Below the pieces are notes generated by a model. The model did no database searches. It had not been told where the DNA came from and saw nothing but the letters and a program-made list of their open reading frames with translations. A DNA stretch of 62,458 bases, filler included, from Basidiobolus ranarum (lineage: Eukaryota), in NCBI GenBank assembly GCA_040143965.1. It is 9 parts of 9 records of this genome, joined end to end, with 100 filler letters (N's around TTAATTAATTAA, not from the genome) between each part and the next. Parts side by side here need not be neighbours in the genome. Positions count along the whole stretch, not along the records: positions 20,897 to 27,751 come from JASJQH010001228.1; positions 27,852 to 34,705 come from JASJQH010001229.1; positions 34,806 to 41,653 come from JASJQH010001230.1; 6 more parts are not named here. One strand, 5' to 3'. This document shows positions 24,900 through 37,875 of the stretch, piece after piece; position 1 is the first letter of the stretch; the number at the start of each line of letters is the position of its first letter. A program made the position numbers and the translations under genes.

Positions 24900-25254
24900 T
24901 TTAATGACCAAAGATTATCCAGTAGAGAAGCACTTCCTCTTTTTGTATGCCCACAAAACCACCTTCCACTTATGTTGTGTAGATCCCACTTGTCACTGAT
25001 GGTAGGTTGTTTTTGATACACCGCTTTGCGTTTAATTTTAACAAAAGTAGTCTCTTTAAAGTCAGTAATTATTTTTACAATTTGAACAACTGCAGGGGCT
25101 CCTGCTTGGTATGACTGCAGAACTATCTACCACACAAGTCATGCAGACCTCCTTTATTGCCTACTACACCTTTGACATCCTGATCAGTAGGTAAGCGTTT
25201 TACAATCCGTAAAGTAAGAGAAGTTGAAACTACAAAGAAGCTAATGAACTTCAA
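24900..25254 (-). pseudogene. Kex2-repeat peptide precursor pseudogene
   Basis: (TTG)KFISFFVVSTSLTL...LPTDQDVKGVVGNKG-GLHDLCGR*FCSHT-KQ [frameshift]...DKW-DLHNISGRWFCGHT-KR. Confidence 0.75.
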
Positions 25255-26481
25255 GGCTGTATTTGATATTTCTGATTAACTTTAGAATTGAGTTGGCTGA
25301 ATACAATGATTTGGCCACCTAGCTACTTATCTGCATAGTGATTATATCTGAAGCTAAGCATATATATCAGGTAATACCCAATTGTGCCATTCTTAGAGTA
25401 TCTTGCCATACAAACTAGGCTTAATTCTATTGAACAACTTCTGGGCCAAGAGATGCACCAACACTCAAAACTGCTTTGTTTCTCTTCATGGATTTTTTCA
25501 AATAACAATATTTTTTCATTTACTTCATATTTAATGTGCTATTTGTCACACTTCTTAAGCAGAGCTCAAATGATAGTTTGTAATGTTATGAAGGTGATTG
25601 CATCAATCTTGGTGATATTATATATATATACATTCACTGCAGAGAGTCAATCTGTTTTGAGCCAAACATGATTTTAACACTAAGAGTATACATTATTAGC
25701 TATATTTCTAAACTCCACTTGATATAAGAGCTAAACTTTAAAAATATGACTACTTTAACTTTATATATAAAGAAACTACTGCTTTTCAGCTATCAATGTG
25801 CTAAAATTATCTTTAGAAGCAACTTTTCCCTCAATATCTTGAGAATTTACCTAACATTGATGAAGAAGAATATCTTGCTCTGAAATAAACCTTGAAAGAG
25901 CCAAGTTCTGCCCCCACAAATGTATGCACCAAAATGAGCTAGATTCAACAAATTATCACCAACAGCTGCACAGATGCCATAAAACCTGATTGCATGGAAT
26001 AAGGTGGCACCCAAATCTGGCAAACCTGGAGAGAAAGTTTGTGGAACTGATATTCATACTTTCACTAACAGGATTGCTGCAACTTGAATCTAAGCATCTA
26101 GCTTATACAGGCATACTTAAATCTATTCTTGACCCAATGACTATATGTACAATAGTTTATAGCTAAAGATTTGAATTGAAGTGCTAGATACAAGTAGCCA
26201 CATGGTCCCTTATCTTACTCTATCATGATAAATACAATCTACTAAACCTTTGAACATAATCCATGGTGATTCTTTTGATGCAAATAGATGTGGCTATAAA
26301 AGAAACAAAATATGTTCTCTTCAAGAGTTAGTTCTAATCTTGACATTCTTTTCACTAACATTGTGCAAATTTTGAAGATCTTTGGGCACAAAATTGTGGC
26401 AAAGTTACTTTTATACATTAATGGCTTGAAGGCAGCATATCAATTGCACATATAATGTCAAAATAGTTATCAAATTGCTAA

Positions 26482-27751
26482 TGTCAAAATGAGCTTTGCC
26501 TAAACACTTATATAGTCATATAGAGCTTAGTACTTTGCTATGTCATACTTTACTAAGATATTACCTATTATTCTCAATTGGAATATACTTGAAATATTGT
26601 TACCATCTTAGAAGTTCTCAGATTGATAGATTTCAAACTTGTGCTAGAAGTCCCAAAATTTGTGCACATGCTCCTAGGATCATCTTTAACACATTCTACA
26701 TGCTAGTTTGCTTACATCTCAACAAAATTACAAATGTCAACTTTCTACTCAATAAGTAAATAAGTAAAGACTATATTCTGGGATCTTCCTTGACACTTTC
26801 AGCATGTTAGTTTGTTTACATTGTGCCAAAACTCTAAATGTCACCTTGCTTTTCAATAAATCAAAAAGTGAAAACCACCAATTTCTCTAATTCTTCCAAC
26901 CACTTCCAACAGGCTCCCAAATACTTTGACAAGTAATGAGCCCCAAGCTTGCTCTCTCTGTAATTTCTACTTCTCAAATTTCTGGAACTTTTCCCTCTTC
27001 TGAAAAACTGAACAAAACCAATTATTAAGTTTGGGAATTTAAAATTGAAATACTGCTGCAACAAAAAGGACTTTGGGACCCTGTTGTAGGAAACAAAAGC
27101 AAGGTAACACTATCTGACACCAAAGATTTACTCCAAGTTGAAAAAGAACCAAGGGCCATTAACACAAGTTGTCTTAATGCTATAGGCCAATTGCTAATTC
27201 AATATTCAAGAGTTAAAACTGCTAAGAAGGTATAAAAAGGCTTGGAAGACACCTACCAAACACATTCTGCTGCCAACATGATGTTTCCAAGAAGACAATT
27301 CTTTAACTTAATGATGAAGCCAGGAGAAGACATTAAATCATTAATTAACAGAGTTATAAATTTAGTAGATAGAATCGGATGCATTGGAGTGCTTACCATT
27401 CAAAAAGTGTTCAAAATCTAAATCAAAATTGGCTTCCAAGCCAAAGTCTGCCGGCACAAAAGGAAAAAAGCCAGCAAGAAAAGAGGACTTAATTGATAAG
27501 CAGTCTAGTGATCCACTATCCACTTTGGAAGGCATTAACATGCTAGACACTAACTCAAGTAATGATGAAGCTTGGCAGAAATACAATATGTATGGGATGA
27601 TATGATTGTTAGGTTTCATGGAATGTTCCAAAGAACATGACTTCCATATAAGGTAACTTGGATGAACTAACACAAGATTGCCAAGAAGGGATGGCACAGC
27701 AGATATGATGTCATAATCCAATAATATAAGAGTTCCATTTGCAGTGGATCA
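26482..27751 (+). mobile_element. Ty1/copia 5' end: LTR (26482-26931, internally duplicated), PBS and degenerate gag
   Basis: LTR ends AATACTTTGACA, then AGTAATGAGCCCCAAG. Gag reads EKLNKTNY*VWEFKIEILLQQKGLWDPVVG and ANMMFPRRQFFNLMMKPGEDIKSLINRV (copia gag/UBN2-like). Confidence 0.85.
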
Positions 27752-27851
27752 NNNNNNNNNNNNNNNNNNNNNNNNNNNNNNNNNNNNNNNNNNNNTTAAT
27801 TAATTAANNNNNNNNNNNNNNNNNNNNNNNNNNNNNNNNNNNNNNNNNNNN
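27752..27851. other. Artificial contig linker
   Basis: N44-TTAATTAATTAA-N44. Confidence 0.98.
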
Positions 27852-28207
27852 AAAAATTTTGGTGATCACTGCAGAGAGGAACCCAATTTAGTAAACAATC
27901 GTTCAGTATGATTTCGACTTTCTTTCCACATATCTGTTTAACTAATTATGATTAAAATCGAAATTTTCTCCATAGTTAATTCTGTATCTCTATGTCTTTT
28001 TTTCACCACTTAATTTTTCGGACTAGTGTTTTTTTTATTTTTTTATTTTCACTCAATTCGAGTTCATTCTGCAATAGAAAACAAAACCTATAGTCTGCCA
28101 AGTCAAACTGAAGATTTTTGTCCTTCCTTCTTTGTTTGTTAATTATTTTACGTTATAGAGTTTTTTAAACACCCTTATTTAAGAGAGACTTGACCATTAG
28201 ATAGAAT

Positions 28208-30051
28208 ATGGAATACAAAAGGATAGCAGTTAAAAAGTTTCCCCGATTGCCCAATAGAAAAACTCCCGAATCACGGTACTGGAGAAAGTTCAAGGTAAGC
28301 CTCAACTCTTTGTCACAAACCCGAGTGGAGAGAAAGATGATTACTGTCTTATTTTTACGGGTTGATCAACGAACTTTTCTAAATAACTACTTCATTGTTT
28401 AGTCCCCTATTCTTATTAAAGAATATGCTTCAGTCACCTCCATCAATTTCTCTCCTGTAGCCCCTTACGATTTTGCTGTTACTTCCTCCGCTCGTGTTCA
28501 GGTATATAGCTCCAAGACACACAGTGTCAAAAAAACTATATCTCGTTTCAAGGATACCGCATATAGTGGATCTTTCAGAAATGACGGCAAGCTGATTGTG
28601 TCGGGTGACGGTACTGGACTTGTTCAGGTTGGTGATTTTTCTCCATTTAATCAAAAATTCGAGCGTATCCTGATATTTTTTCTTCAAAGGTCTTCGATGT
28701 GAACAGCCGTGCTATCCTCAGAACTTTCAGAGGTCACGAAAAGTAAGTAACTCCTTACATCATACAAGTAATTAGTACCTTGCTGACAGGGACTTTTTTT
28801 TAGCCCTGTGCATGTAGCCAAATTTTCTCCCAATAATACTCATATCCTCTCCGCTTCCGACGATAAGACCGTTCGTATTTGGGACATCCCAAGTGAAACT
28901 GCTGTGTCTGTCTTCGAAGATCATACGGTATGAATAATCCCTCTTTCGCGTCTTATGTAGAGTTTTCTCTCAAAATCCAAGCCACTAAATAACTTTCATA
29001 CCGATTATAGGATTATGTACGCGCTGGTGTTGTTAGTATGGATAACCCTAATCTTGTTTTATCTGGTTCCTACGACCGCACTGTTAAATTATGGGATTTG
29101 AGATCAAATTCTTGTGCTATTTCCATGAACCATGGCGAGCCAGTAGAGGATGTCTTGATGTTCCCTGGTGGCGGTCTTGTTGTGTCTGCCGGTGGTCCCA
29201 ATGTTAAAATATTTGACTTGTTGTCTGGTGGCCGTACTCTTCAAACACTTTCAAACCATCAAAAGACAGTTACTTCCATGTGTTTCGATGGATCTTACTC
29301 TCGACTTCTTACCGGTTCTCTCGATCATCATGTCAAAGTATATAATGTGCAAGATTATAAGGTTGTTCACAGTGTTAAATACCCCGCACCTATTCTCAGT
29401 ATTGCCTTGTCGCCTGATGATACTCACTTGGTAGCTGGTATGGCTTCTGGACTTCTTTCTGTTCGTCAAAGAGTTGTCAAGCCTCAAGAAACCTTCATGA
29501 CTCGTCGTTCAGACCAAATCAATGGTGGTACTTATCAATACTTTGTACGTGGTAAAGGATACAATCCTACACAGGATGATTTCAAGGTGGAGACCATGAA
29601 GAGAAAGAAACTGACCGATTACGACAAATATCTTAAAGCTTTCCAATACTCCAATGCATTGGATGCTGTGTTGAGTAAAAACCGAAACCCCTTGATCGTT
29701 TTCTCTCTTATTGAGGAACTTGTGCATCGTGATGGTCTTCGTAGTTCTCTTCAAGGAAGAGACGATCTTTCTTTAGAGCCAATTGTTCAATTCTTGGTCA
29801 AAAACATTGCCCATCCTAGATACACTGGACTACTTGTAGATGTAGCCAATGTCATCTTGGATATGTATAGTGTAGTACTTGGACAGTCACCACTTATTGA
29901 CGAACTATTCCAAAGCTTGAATGAAAGGGTCAAGAAGGAGATAAACTTCGAAAAAGACTTGATGAAGGTGATTGGATCATTGGACATGCTGTTCTCCAAA
30001 GCCTCCAGCAAAGCCCCCAACATGCCAGTCAGTCAGGTGAATGGACATTAG
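28208..30051 (+). CDS. UTP15: U3 snoRNA-associated protein 15 (WD40 plus UTP15 C-terminal domain), five exons
   Basis: TPESRYWRKFK|SPILIKE, PYDFAVTSSARVQIY, ISRFKDTAYSGSFRNDGKL, WD repeats, YDKYLKAFQYSNALD, ELVHRDGLRSSLQGRD. Four GT-AG introns, the first at 28295-28402. Confidence 0.95.
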
Positions 30052-30785
30052 GCGAGATACAGTAATTAGCAACATATTTACCGAATGTATCGTTCTCCAT
30101 CAGACATCTCCTTTATCATCATATATACATCCTCATCTCTCTATTTTCCCTTCTTGATTCTTTTCATTTATGTATGAAATCTCTGGCATCGAATCTGGGA
30201 TTATATTATGTATGTACTCATTCACTACATCAACTCGATGATTAGTAAATAATGAAATTGATAAATAGGAACCTTATTGGTGTAATCATTTCCTTCACTA
30301 TTAATAAAGATCCGGAACTTTAACTTATAAATATTCATACGTCATTTCTTGTAGCAAACAATTACACTTGCTATATTTTCCTTGCCCTCTTTAAAGCCGT
30401 ATACCAACGAATACATTACCTATTCCCTTGTTTAACCTTCATGAAAGAGGAGTAGCAATTGGACTTGATACTCTTTGAGATTGTTATATATACACTTGCA
30501 GAAATTCTAGAATGGGTGATTGTTTGTGCAGAAACGATGGTGCGGAGTTGTTTCAAAAAGTGGAACCAACTTGAATCACATTGAGAAGTTATGTTATAGA
30601 GGAATTATACAACATTTTTTAATTTAAAATTATCAAGAAAACTATTCGTATAACAAAGTTAAACAGAAAAGCATTAAAATGTATCGTCGTTAAGAAAAGA
30701 AAATTATATAACATATACTCGTCTTATGTGAGAGAATGTAGTCGTTTCCTTTTTTTCCAGCTGTTTTCATTTGTTCATGTTCCTT

Positions 30786-32430
30786 TTACTTACTAATCTT
30801 ATCTGCTGGTGCCTTATTGAATGGTCTACCTCCACGGCCACGACGGCCGCCTCGTTCTCCATTTTGATGATAGCCACCACGACGTTCTCCTTGGTTGTAG
30901 TTTGAACGGCCGGGTTGACGGAAGCTTTTGCGACGCTCTTCGGCATAGACATTTTGTCCGTTAATCGCGAAGGTACTTTGAGTAATGGCACTTTTGTATG
31001 CTTCGACAGTGGTGAATTCAACGAATGCACAGTTCTAAGTGATCATATTGAAATTATTCAGCAAACAGTAGATGTCTCAACAATCCCATATATATATTTA
31101 CCTTAGGAATAATAACATCAACCGCCTTAACGGGGCCAACGGAACCAAACGATTCTTTGAACATCTCTGGGGTCATACCATCTTGAACTCCTTTTACAAA
31201 CACGGATAGATTCTCATCTAGGGTGTAATGGAGGTCGAGTTATTGGTTTGATCAAATTCCTAAGATTATTTTTAATCACTTACCTTGTTTGTAACCATTG
31301 CTTCTGGTTAAAGGAATATCTTGTCTTGGGTTACGTTGAGGTTGACTAGGTTGTTGTTGAGGTTGTTGTTTCTGTTGAATAGGCTGTTGTTGTTGAGGTT
31401 GTTGAGGCTGGGGTTGAGCAGGTTGAGCCTGTTGTTGCTGTGGTTGTGGACTTTTTTGGGGAGAAGCAGTGGCACGTACATCGGCCACTTTGCTTGCCCA
31501 CTTGTCACGGCCATTAGCAGCTAAATTGGCCCAAGATTTGAATACAGGTTTGGCTTCGGCTTGAGGAGCAGACTCCTTCTTGATGGTTTGTGATTCATTC
31601 TGACTGGGAGATTCAGTTGATGGTGTTTCGGGTTCAATTGTTTCATGTTCTTGCTCAGAAACACCGTTGACTGGGTCTTGCTCAATGAGGTTTTCCTTAG
31701 TTGGTACATCAGCAACTTCAGATTGAACTGACACGACCTTCTCTTCAGGTACTGGGACTACCTCTTCAACTGGTAATGAGGTTTTAGCATCTTCAACGGA
31801 AGGGGCAATCTCCTGCTTAACTTCTGGCTCTTCCATTTGAACTGATTCGGTCAAGGAATTGTTAGAAAAGTCTTGAGTAATATCAGTTTCATAATCGAAT
31901 TCTTCATCCACTTCATCTTTAAGATATCTAAAAATATCGTTCAATACGAAGTAACCGTTGGGTTGTTCAGCCAGGAAAAAGGTTTGAGCGAATTTTTGAG
32001 AAGGACCACCCTTGTTAGACATTTCACCCAATACTTGAATGATGATACCACCATTGAGGGAAGCTTGACTGTCAACACTTGAAACCAATACTCGGCAATC
32101 GTCGAAACCAAGTTCTAGAATTTTCGAGTGGATCTCCTATATACAATGTAGATACACATATATCAAAAGAAGATTAGTTAAAGTTAACTTGAAGATCTAT
32201 AGATGCTCCACGGCGAATGCCGATCGAACCTGTTGACCGTGATATGGCTTGACTTGTTCACCTTCGGTGCCGTGAATCATGGTGGATTTTTTATTATAAA
32301 AACAGTGAAGACGAGAAGAATCTTTATTCAAAAAAGTATAATACTCTTGAACAAACATCCAACCCACTTCGTAAGACTCAATTTTCTGAGGGGTGTTGGA
32401 AGCATCAGCGCTATTAGTAGTAGCAGTCAT
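30786..32430 (-). CDS. G3BP/Bre5/Nxt3-like protein (NTF2 domain, acidic/QP linker, RRM, RGG)
   Basis: VGWMFVQEYYTFLN, KFAQTFFLAEQPNGYFVLNDIFRYL, KSWANLA, SVFVKGV, CAFVEF, RGR tail. Stop at 30788-30786; three introns. Confidence 0.93.
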
Positions 32431-33731
32431 TTCCTATTGAGAAGAAATACACCCAGATATAAGATAGCCCCATATATTTTTTATTATTAGTTCCATGTAC
32501 ACACGAAGAGTATTTAAGAAAACTAATAACTCAAGTTAGGATAGTTACCTAGTATCTAAAACTGAGAAAACACAAGAATTTACTTGAAACGAAGAGTAAA
32601 GCTCAAATCACTCAGCCCAATAATAATAAATAGAGTGATAAAAACCCTGCGACAGGGATATGAAATGGGTAAGGGGTAGGAGATGATAAAACAGCCATTC
32701 TGAGCAACGATGAACCAACCTCAACGTTGCACAAGCTACCCAATAGCATTGAAAAAAATTTGATCAATAAGATGCGAGATTTCGGATGTTATTTGTCCAA
32801 CCCGCAGTCGCTTTTTTTTTTTCCGATAATACTAATTGTTTAAAATCGTAATCCGCAGAATTCCACCAGTGATGCAGTCTTGCGTAGATCCTGTACGATC
32901 TTGACAACATTGCTTCCATTATTGTTGAGGAAGTGAAGTGGATGTGACAAGGAGAATCAGCCTTGAATTGGTGTCGGAAAAAATCCCAGGTAAGATAAGA
33001 CGAGCGAAAGGAAAATAAGCACCGGGATTAGGGCTTAGAGCACATCCTGATTGTAAGTGCCTGTCCAAAGCTCCAAGATACATTGCATTGTATCATAGAA
33101 TGTTCTGGAAGTTCACTGGAGTATTACTACAGCGAGTGTACTGCTCACGTACAACATCAATGGGGGTTGTCTGAGCCGTGATGGCACAAGTATATGTTTG
33201 CATGGCGTAACCAGACATGTCCTCGCTCAACGTTATATGGAATAGTTAAAATTGATCGTATGGTGAATGCCAACTCTTCGCGCTAGACGATCATTGAGCG
33301 GTTAGCTATGAGGATCTTCGGACTGGAGAGTCAAAAGATCCATTCGTTAGTAAAAACCGATCATATGTCGACAACACATCAAATTTATATGGATTCTATT
33401 GGAGTAGCTCAACCAGCAGTGCAGCCACCCAAAAGAAGCGTCTTTTTAGGTTTTAGAGTGTAGTTTATGGATTCTGCTAATTTTCGCGATAAACAATTTT
33501 CCGAACCAAAGAAATTATTTCACGAACTGTAAGTGATTCAAAGATATGAAACCTTTTATTATTATTTACAGCACTTGCTTGGTTATTCTAAAATATTACT
33601 GCAAGTCATTTACTGGTAATACTATCATGCATACACAATTCTACCGGTCCATACCTCACCCACAATCAGTACATCCTGCAAAGAACATTCTCCAATATTG
33701 GTTTTTCATAACGGTCTTCGGAATCACTACC

Positions 33732-34060
33732 TGTTGAAATTAGCATTGCCTAAACACCTATATAGTCATATATAGCTTAATACTTAGTTATCTTATATTG
33801 AACTAAGATATTATCCATTATTCTCAAGAGGAATTTACTTAGAAGTTCTCAGATATATAGACTTTTCAAACTTGTGCTAGAAGCCTCAAACTTTGCACAT
33901 ATGTTCCTTGGACCTTTCTTAACACATTCTACACATTAGTTAGTTTACATCTTGACAAAACTATAAATGTCAACTTTCCACCAATAAATCAATAAGTGAA
34001 GAACCACCAATTCCTCTAATTCTCCAAACCACTTCCAACAGGCTCTCAAATACTTTAACA
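33732..34060 (+). mobile_element. Ty1/copia solo LTR (329 bp)
   Basis: TGTTGAAATTAGCATTGCC...AAATACTTTAACA with no PBS after it. Flanks CTACC/CCTCC are only a partial TSD match. Confidence 0.85.
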
Positions 34061-34237
34061 CCTCCAACAAGAACAGAACAAAAGTTGAGCTTAAATAAGT
34101 ACTCTAATTTCATTTCCAATTACCATTGTGTGAACTCTTAAAAGCAATAGCAAAGGAAGCACTGTGTATAAACTATGCACAAAAATAGCTAATTCTGAGA
34201 ATTAAAAATCAAATGTTAGTATTCAGTGCACACTGAT

Positions 34238-34705
34238 TATTGAAATTGGCATTGCCTCAGCACCTATATAGTCATATGTAGCTTAGCATTCAGTTATTCA
34301 ATAATGCACCAAGATATCACCCATTATTCTCAAGAGAAGTTTACTTAGAATATTGACACCAATTAGAGGTTCTCAGATATAAAGATGCTTCAAGCTTGTG
34401 CTGAAAGACCCAAACTTTGCCCATATGCTCCTGGGAACTTCCTTAACACAGTCTACATGTTAGTTTATTTATATCTTGAAAATCTATAAATGTCAACTTT
34501 CTTCTACATAAACCAATAAGTAAAAACCAATTGTTCTATTTCTCCAAATTGTTGAAATTAGCATTGCCTAAACACCTATATAGTCATATATAGTTTAGTA
34601 CTTAGTTATCTTATAATTCACTAAGATATTATCAATTATTCTCAATCAGAATTTACTTAGAATATTTTTACCAACTTAGAAGTTCTCAGATATATAGATT
34701 TTTCA
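34238..34705 (+). mobile_element. Two abutting copia LTRs: a diverged one (34238-34549) interrupted near its end by another (34550 to contig end)
   Basis: TATTGAAATTGGCATTGCC...TTCTCCAAAT directly followed by TGTTGAAATTAGCATTGCC. Confidence 0.8.
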
Positions 34706-34805
34706 NNNNNNNNNNNNNNNNNNNNNNNNNNNNNNNNNNNNNNNNNNNNTTAATTAATTAANNNNNNNNNNNNNNNNNNNNNNNNNNNNNNNNNNNNNNN
34801 NNNNN
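34706..34805. other. Artificial contig linker
   Basis: N44-TTAATTAATTAA-N44. Confidence 0.98.
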
Positions 34806-35008
34806 AGTAGCATATGCAGGATCTAAAAGCCCCCACTTGGCAGGACCATCCGTACCTTCGTACTAGAAGAAAAAGTTAAAAACTGCGGCAGTAAACTCAA
34901 GGTACAAATACTTACCCCCCAATGGGCATGATTTGAATCGGATTCAGCATTTATACTGAACGCGAGTTGGAGAGAGAGCAGTGTGAAAGCAGAGAATTTA
35001 AATAGCAT
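34806..35008 (-). CDS. Secreted alpha-class carbonic anhydrase, N-terminal part, cut by contig start
   Basis: Signal peptide, then HAHWG|YEGTDGPAKWGLLDPAYAT after removing intron 34863-34915 (GTAAGT...CTAG). HWGY-x3-GP-x2-W-like motif is the typical alpha-CA N-terminus. Confidence 0.8.
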
Positions 35009-37683
35009 CTTGAGCGGTTATTTAGAGAGATAGTTGACAGTAAGCAAGCACTGTAGCTTCTCTTTATATGTTTCGAGAGATGAGATTTCCTTTGACGACT
35101 ACAACTATTCAACGCTATTTCTATATTTGGATATATTTCTTTAAATTCGAGAAAAGGAAATTTCCCGACCTGTATAAATAGGCTTGATTACCATATTGGA
35201 TCAAGAGGTTTGAATTCGTTTGTCAGTAATGCATAGGATAGAAGGATCATTTGTAAACGCCAGTGAGACGCGAGTTTTCTTTTCAAAAATGGAAATGTAG
35301 TCGCGAACAACTTCGAGTTAACCAGAGAAGATTGGGCAATACTAAAGACTGCACTAATTTAACTAAATTGATCGATGGAGAAATCCAATTGAAGAAAGTC
35401 GAAGATCCTTGGCCATCAAAACGCTTCAGGTCCAGACTTTCAAAATGGAACATTATCCCACTATTTAACATGTCTTCCAAAGCATACCTTGGAGACAAAA
35501 TACTCACCCTATAGATGGTAAAGGAGAGCTAATATTGAGTTCCAAAGTAAATTAATGGATTATTCCAACTAATACACCGCGAAAACCAACCTTTTCGACG
35601 ATAATCAATTTTCTATTTCTAAAAATGGCTATTTACAAGCGTACCTACAATAAGCCTATCTTACTTCATCCTCCTTGCTACATGGGGATCAACTTGCAGT
35701 TGTGTATCAAACAGGATAGAACCCGATTCTAAAGATCTGTAACTGGCTAATACGAAATCCTGATTGAGTCCAATGATCCACTGTCATGGTGTCAGCAATA
35801 GTCTGATTGTAGTAATCTGATTGGAGAAGGTTTGTAGCGTCTAAGTACGAAGTAGGAATTAATGGTTCTCGATTGTATCTCCTAATATAGAATGTGCTCC
35901 AGTAACGTGCCATGTGACCATTCAGAGCATTCAATGCATGACAAGCAACCTTAGCCCTAAGTTATTGCTATGGACTTCTCATCATGTCTGACCCGTCCGA
36001 AACTCCATATATTTACACTTTGAATAGGATAGTTGAGTTCTCTCCCTATCATATCAGAGTGATCCCGTTAAGAGTCAGGCTATTACTTATACTAGGCAAC
36101 TATATAAATACATAGATCGAGAAGTGGCTCTCTACACCTTCCTCAAGTTTGCAATCATGCTGGAAAATAATTCAAGAAGATCCATTAATAATTAATTCGG
36201 CTCACAAAGGCAAAAGCATAAAAGCTTGTCCTAGTAGCTTAGGATTTGCATTATACCCTTTGGAGCTAATATCTAGCTTCGAAAACACCTTTTTTATTTT
36301 ATATCATTCTAGCTTTCTGTTCTATAGTTCATATGATGCATCCTGATTCTCTGCCTCTATGCTTGTCGCCTTTCCTACTCAAAAATACCTTTATGGATTC
36401 AGAAATTGATTATATTGCGAAGTAAATTAAGAGTAGGTATGATCCCATTCTATAAGAATTTGTTAAGAATTATTGTCGTAAATGGCACTTTTTTGTTGCT
36501 AACTTCAACTTCCGAGAAAACCTTAACTCTAGACCTGGTAAGTCAAAGTAAGTAGCCTCCTGGCAGTACCCTTCCGGTGATTGCGTCAAGTCTCAGTCTT
36601 GCAATCATAATTCTTCCAAAGCCCAAAAACTTTGATTCCCCATATATTGCTCATCAAAGTCTAAATTAATGTGGGACAATTATTGACTAATGCCCACAAC
36701 TAAGCAGTGCAAGAATTTCACTTTGAAGTACTAAATGTCCACAAAGATCGAGTATATGATACCGTCAGAATGAAAGGTCAGATTATTGTTCAAGAATACA
36801 GTTACTATCAATCGCGATAGAAAAGTTCACTTACAATAGTAACAGTTGGTCGTAAGTTAGCTTGTGATATTTTGGGGTCTTCTCAGTACTATTGCGCTGG
36901 CGCCTAGAGTACCCCTATCCCATTCTGTTACAGTTCGAAATATAGAGATGCAACCTCTATTTCCACCTGTCAAGGCGATTATATCATAGAGTTCCATTGG
37001 GGGTTTTTTGTATCTCCTGTAATTACCTTGATAACTTTCTTTTAACAAGTAATAGCTTAATAAATATAACGTCAACTATATTGTTTATCGGCTTGAACTG
37101 GCAGTTAAATCTACGCTTTCAGAGTCGATATAATTACTAATGGCTTCATGCTGCCCGAGTAAGAAGAAGTACTTCTAATAAGATATGTTTGTAACGCATT
37201 AACACATGTATATTGTACTGTTGATAGCCACTTAGTGGATAGTGCTATCTTCTATACTAGTTCTAATCATATTTGAAATACCACAATGCCATGATTACCC
37301 GCTACAGTTTATTCCTAGTCCGCTCATAGTACTCATAAAAATAATCAAGACAATGGTTTATGTTTGGTATATTTACCTAACCGCTAAACCTACCACTGCA
37401 CTTGCACTAGTAGCCTACATGTAGCTATTTTTACCCAGTGATATTCGTTCCCAGTTCATTCTACCCATTTAAAATTCGTATACTCGCCCATGCTAATAAA
37501 TCTTGAGCATGTCTTAATTAAGCCTGAATCATAATTTGACTGTAACAGAGTGTCAGTACAGGACCTCTTGGGGATAGGTTGGCTTTCTCTCTTGTATATC
37601 AATATAATGAGATTTTCAATGGTACAAAAAAGGTTATTTATTTGGTATAAGCAGAGAAGGGTTGCTAAGAGTAGTTCAACCTG

Positions 37684-37875
37684 TTAGTTGCAAGCACTCC
37701 ACATACAGCATTTATTTCCATCTGAGCCACATCCATACCACTGACAGCAGCCACGAGCTTCGATATTACCACTGCTGCTACTAACTTCAGCTTCCGCTGG
37801 AACTGGATTAGCCTCAACGGTCAAGATAGCCACAGCAAATGCAGTTAGGAGAAGAGTGGTGATCGAGAGTTTCAT
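37684..37875 (-). CDS. Small secreted cysteine-rich prepropeptide, type A copy 1 (predicted mature GCCQWYGCGSDGNKCCMWSACN)
   Basis: 63 aa: 22-aa signal, 19-aa pro-region ending IEAR, 22-aa six-Cys peptide. TATATA-like tract ~60 bp upstream. Three near-identical paralogs on the contig. Confidence 0.9.
   Translation of the reverse strand: MKLSITTLLLTAFAVAILTVEANPVPAEAEVSSSSGNIEARGCCQWYGCGSDGNKCCMWSACN

Noticed and set aside
20897-27751. A single intact copia element spanning contig 4 and carrying the peptide genes as cargo
   Set aside because: The order is pol end-3' LTR ... 5' LTR-gag, so the peptide array lies between two separate elements, not inside one.
31330-31450. CAA/CCT-rich repeat as a separate element
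   Set aside because: It is the Gln/Pro low-complexity linker of the G3BP-like protein.
33727-34065. 5-bp target-site duplication around the solo LTR
   Set aside because: Flanks CTACC and CCTCC match at only 3 of 5 positions.
35707-35934. 75-aa ORF between the carbonic anhydrase and the peptide cluster as a tailoring-enzyme exon
   Set aside because: No motif I can recognise and no clear gene structure; a BLASTX of 35050-37600 would settle it.
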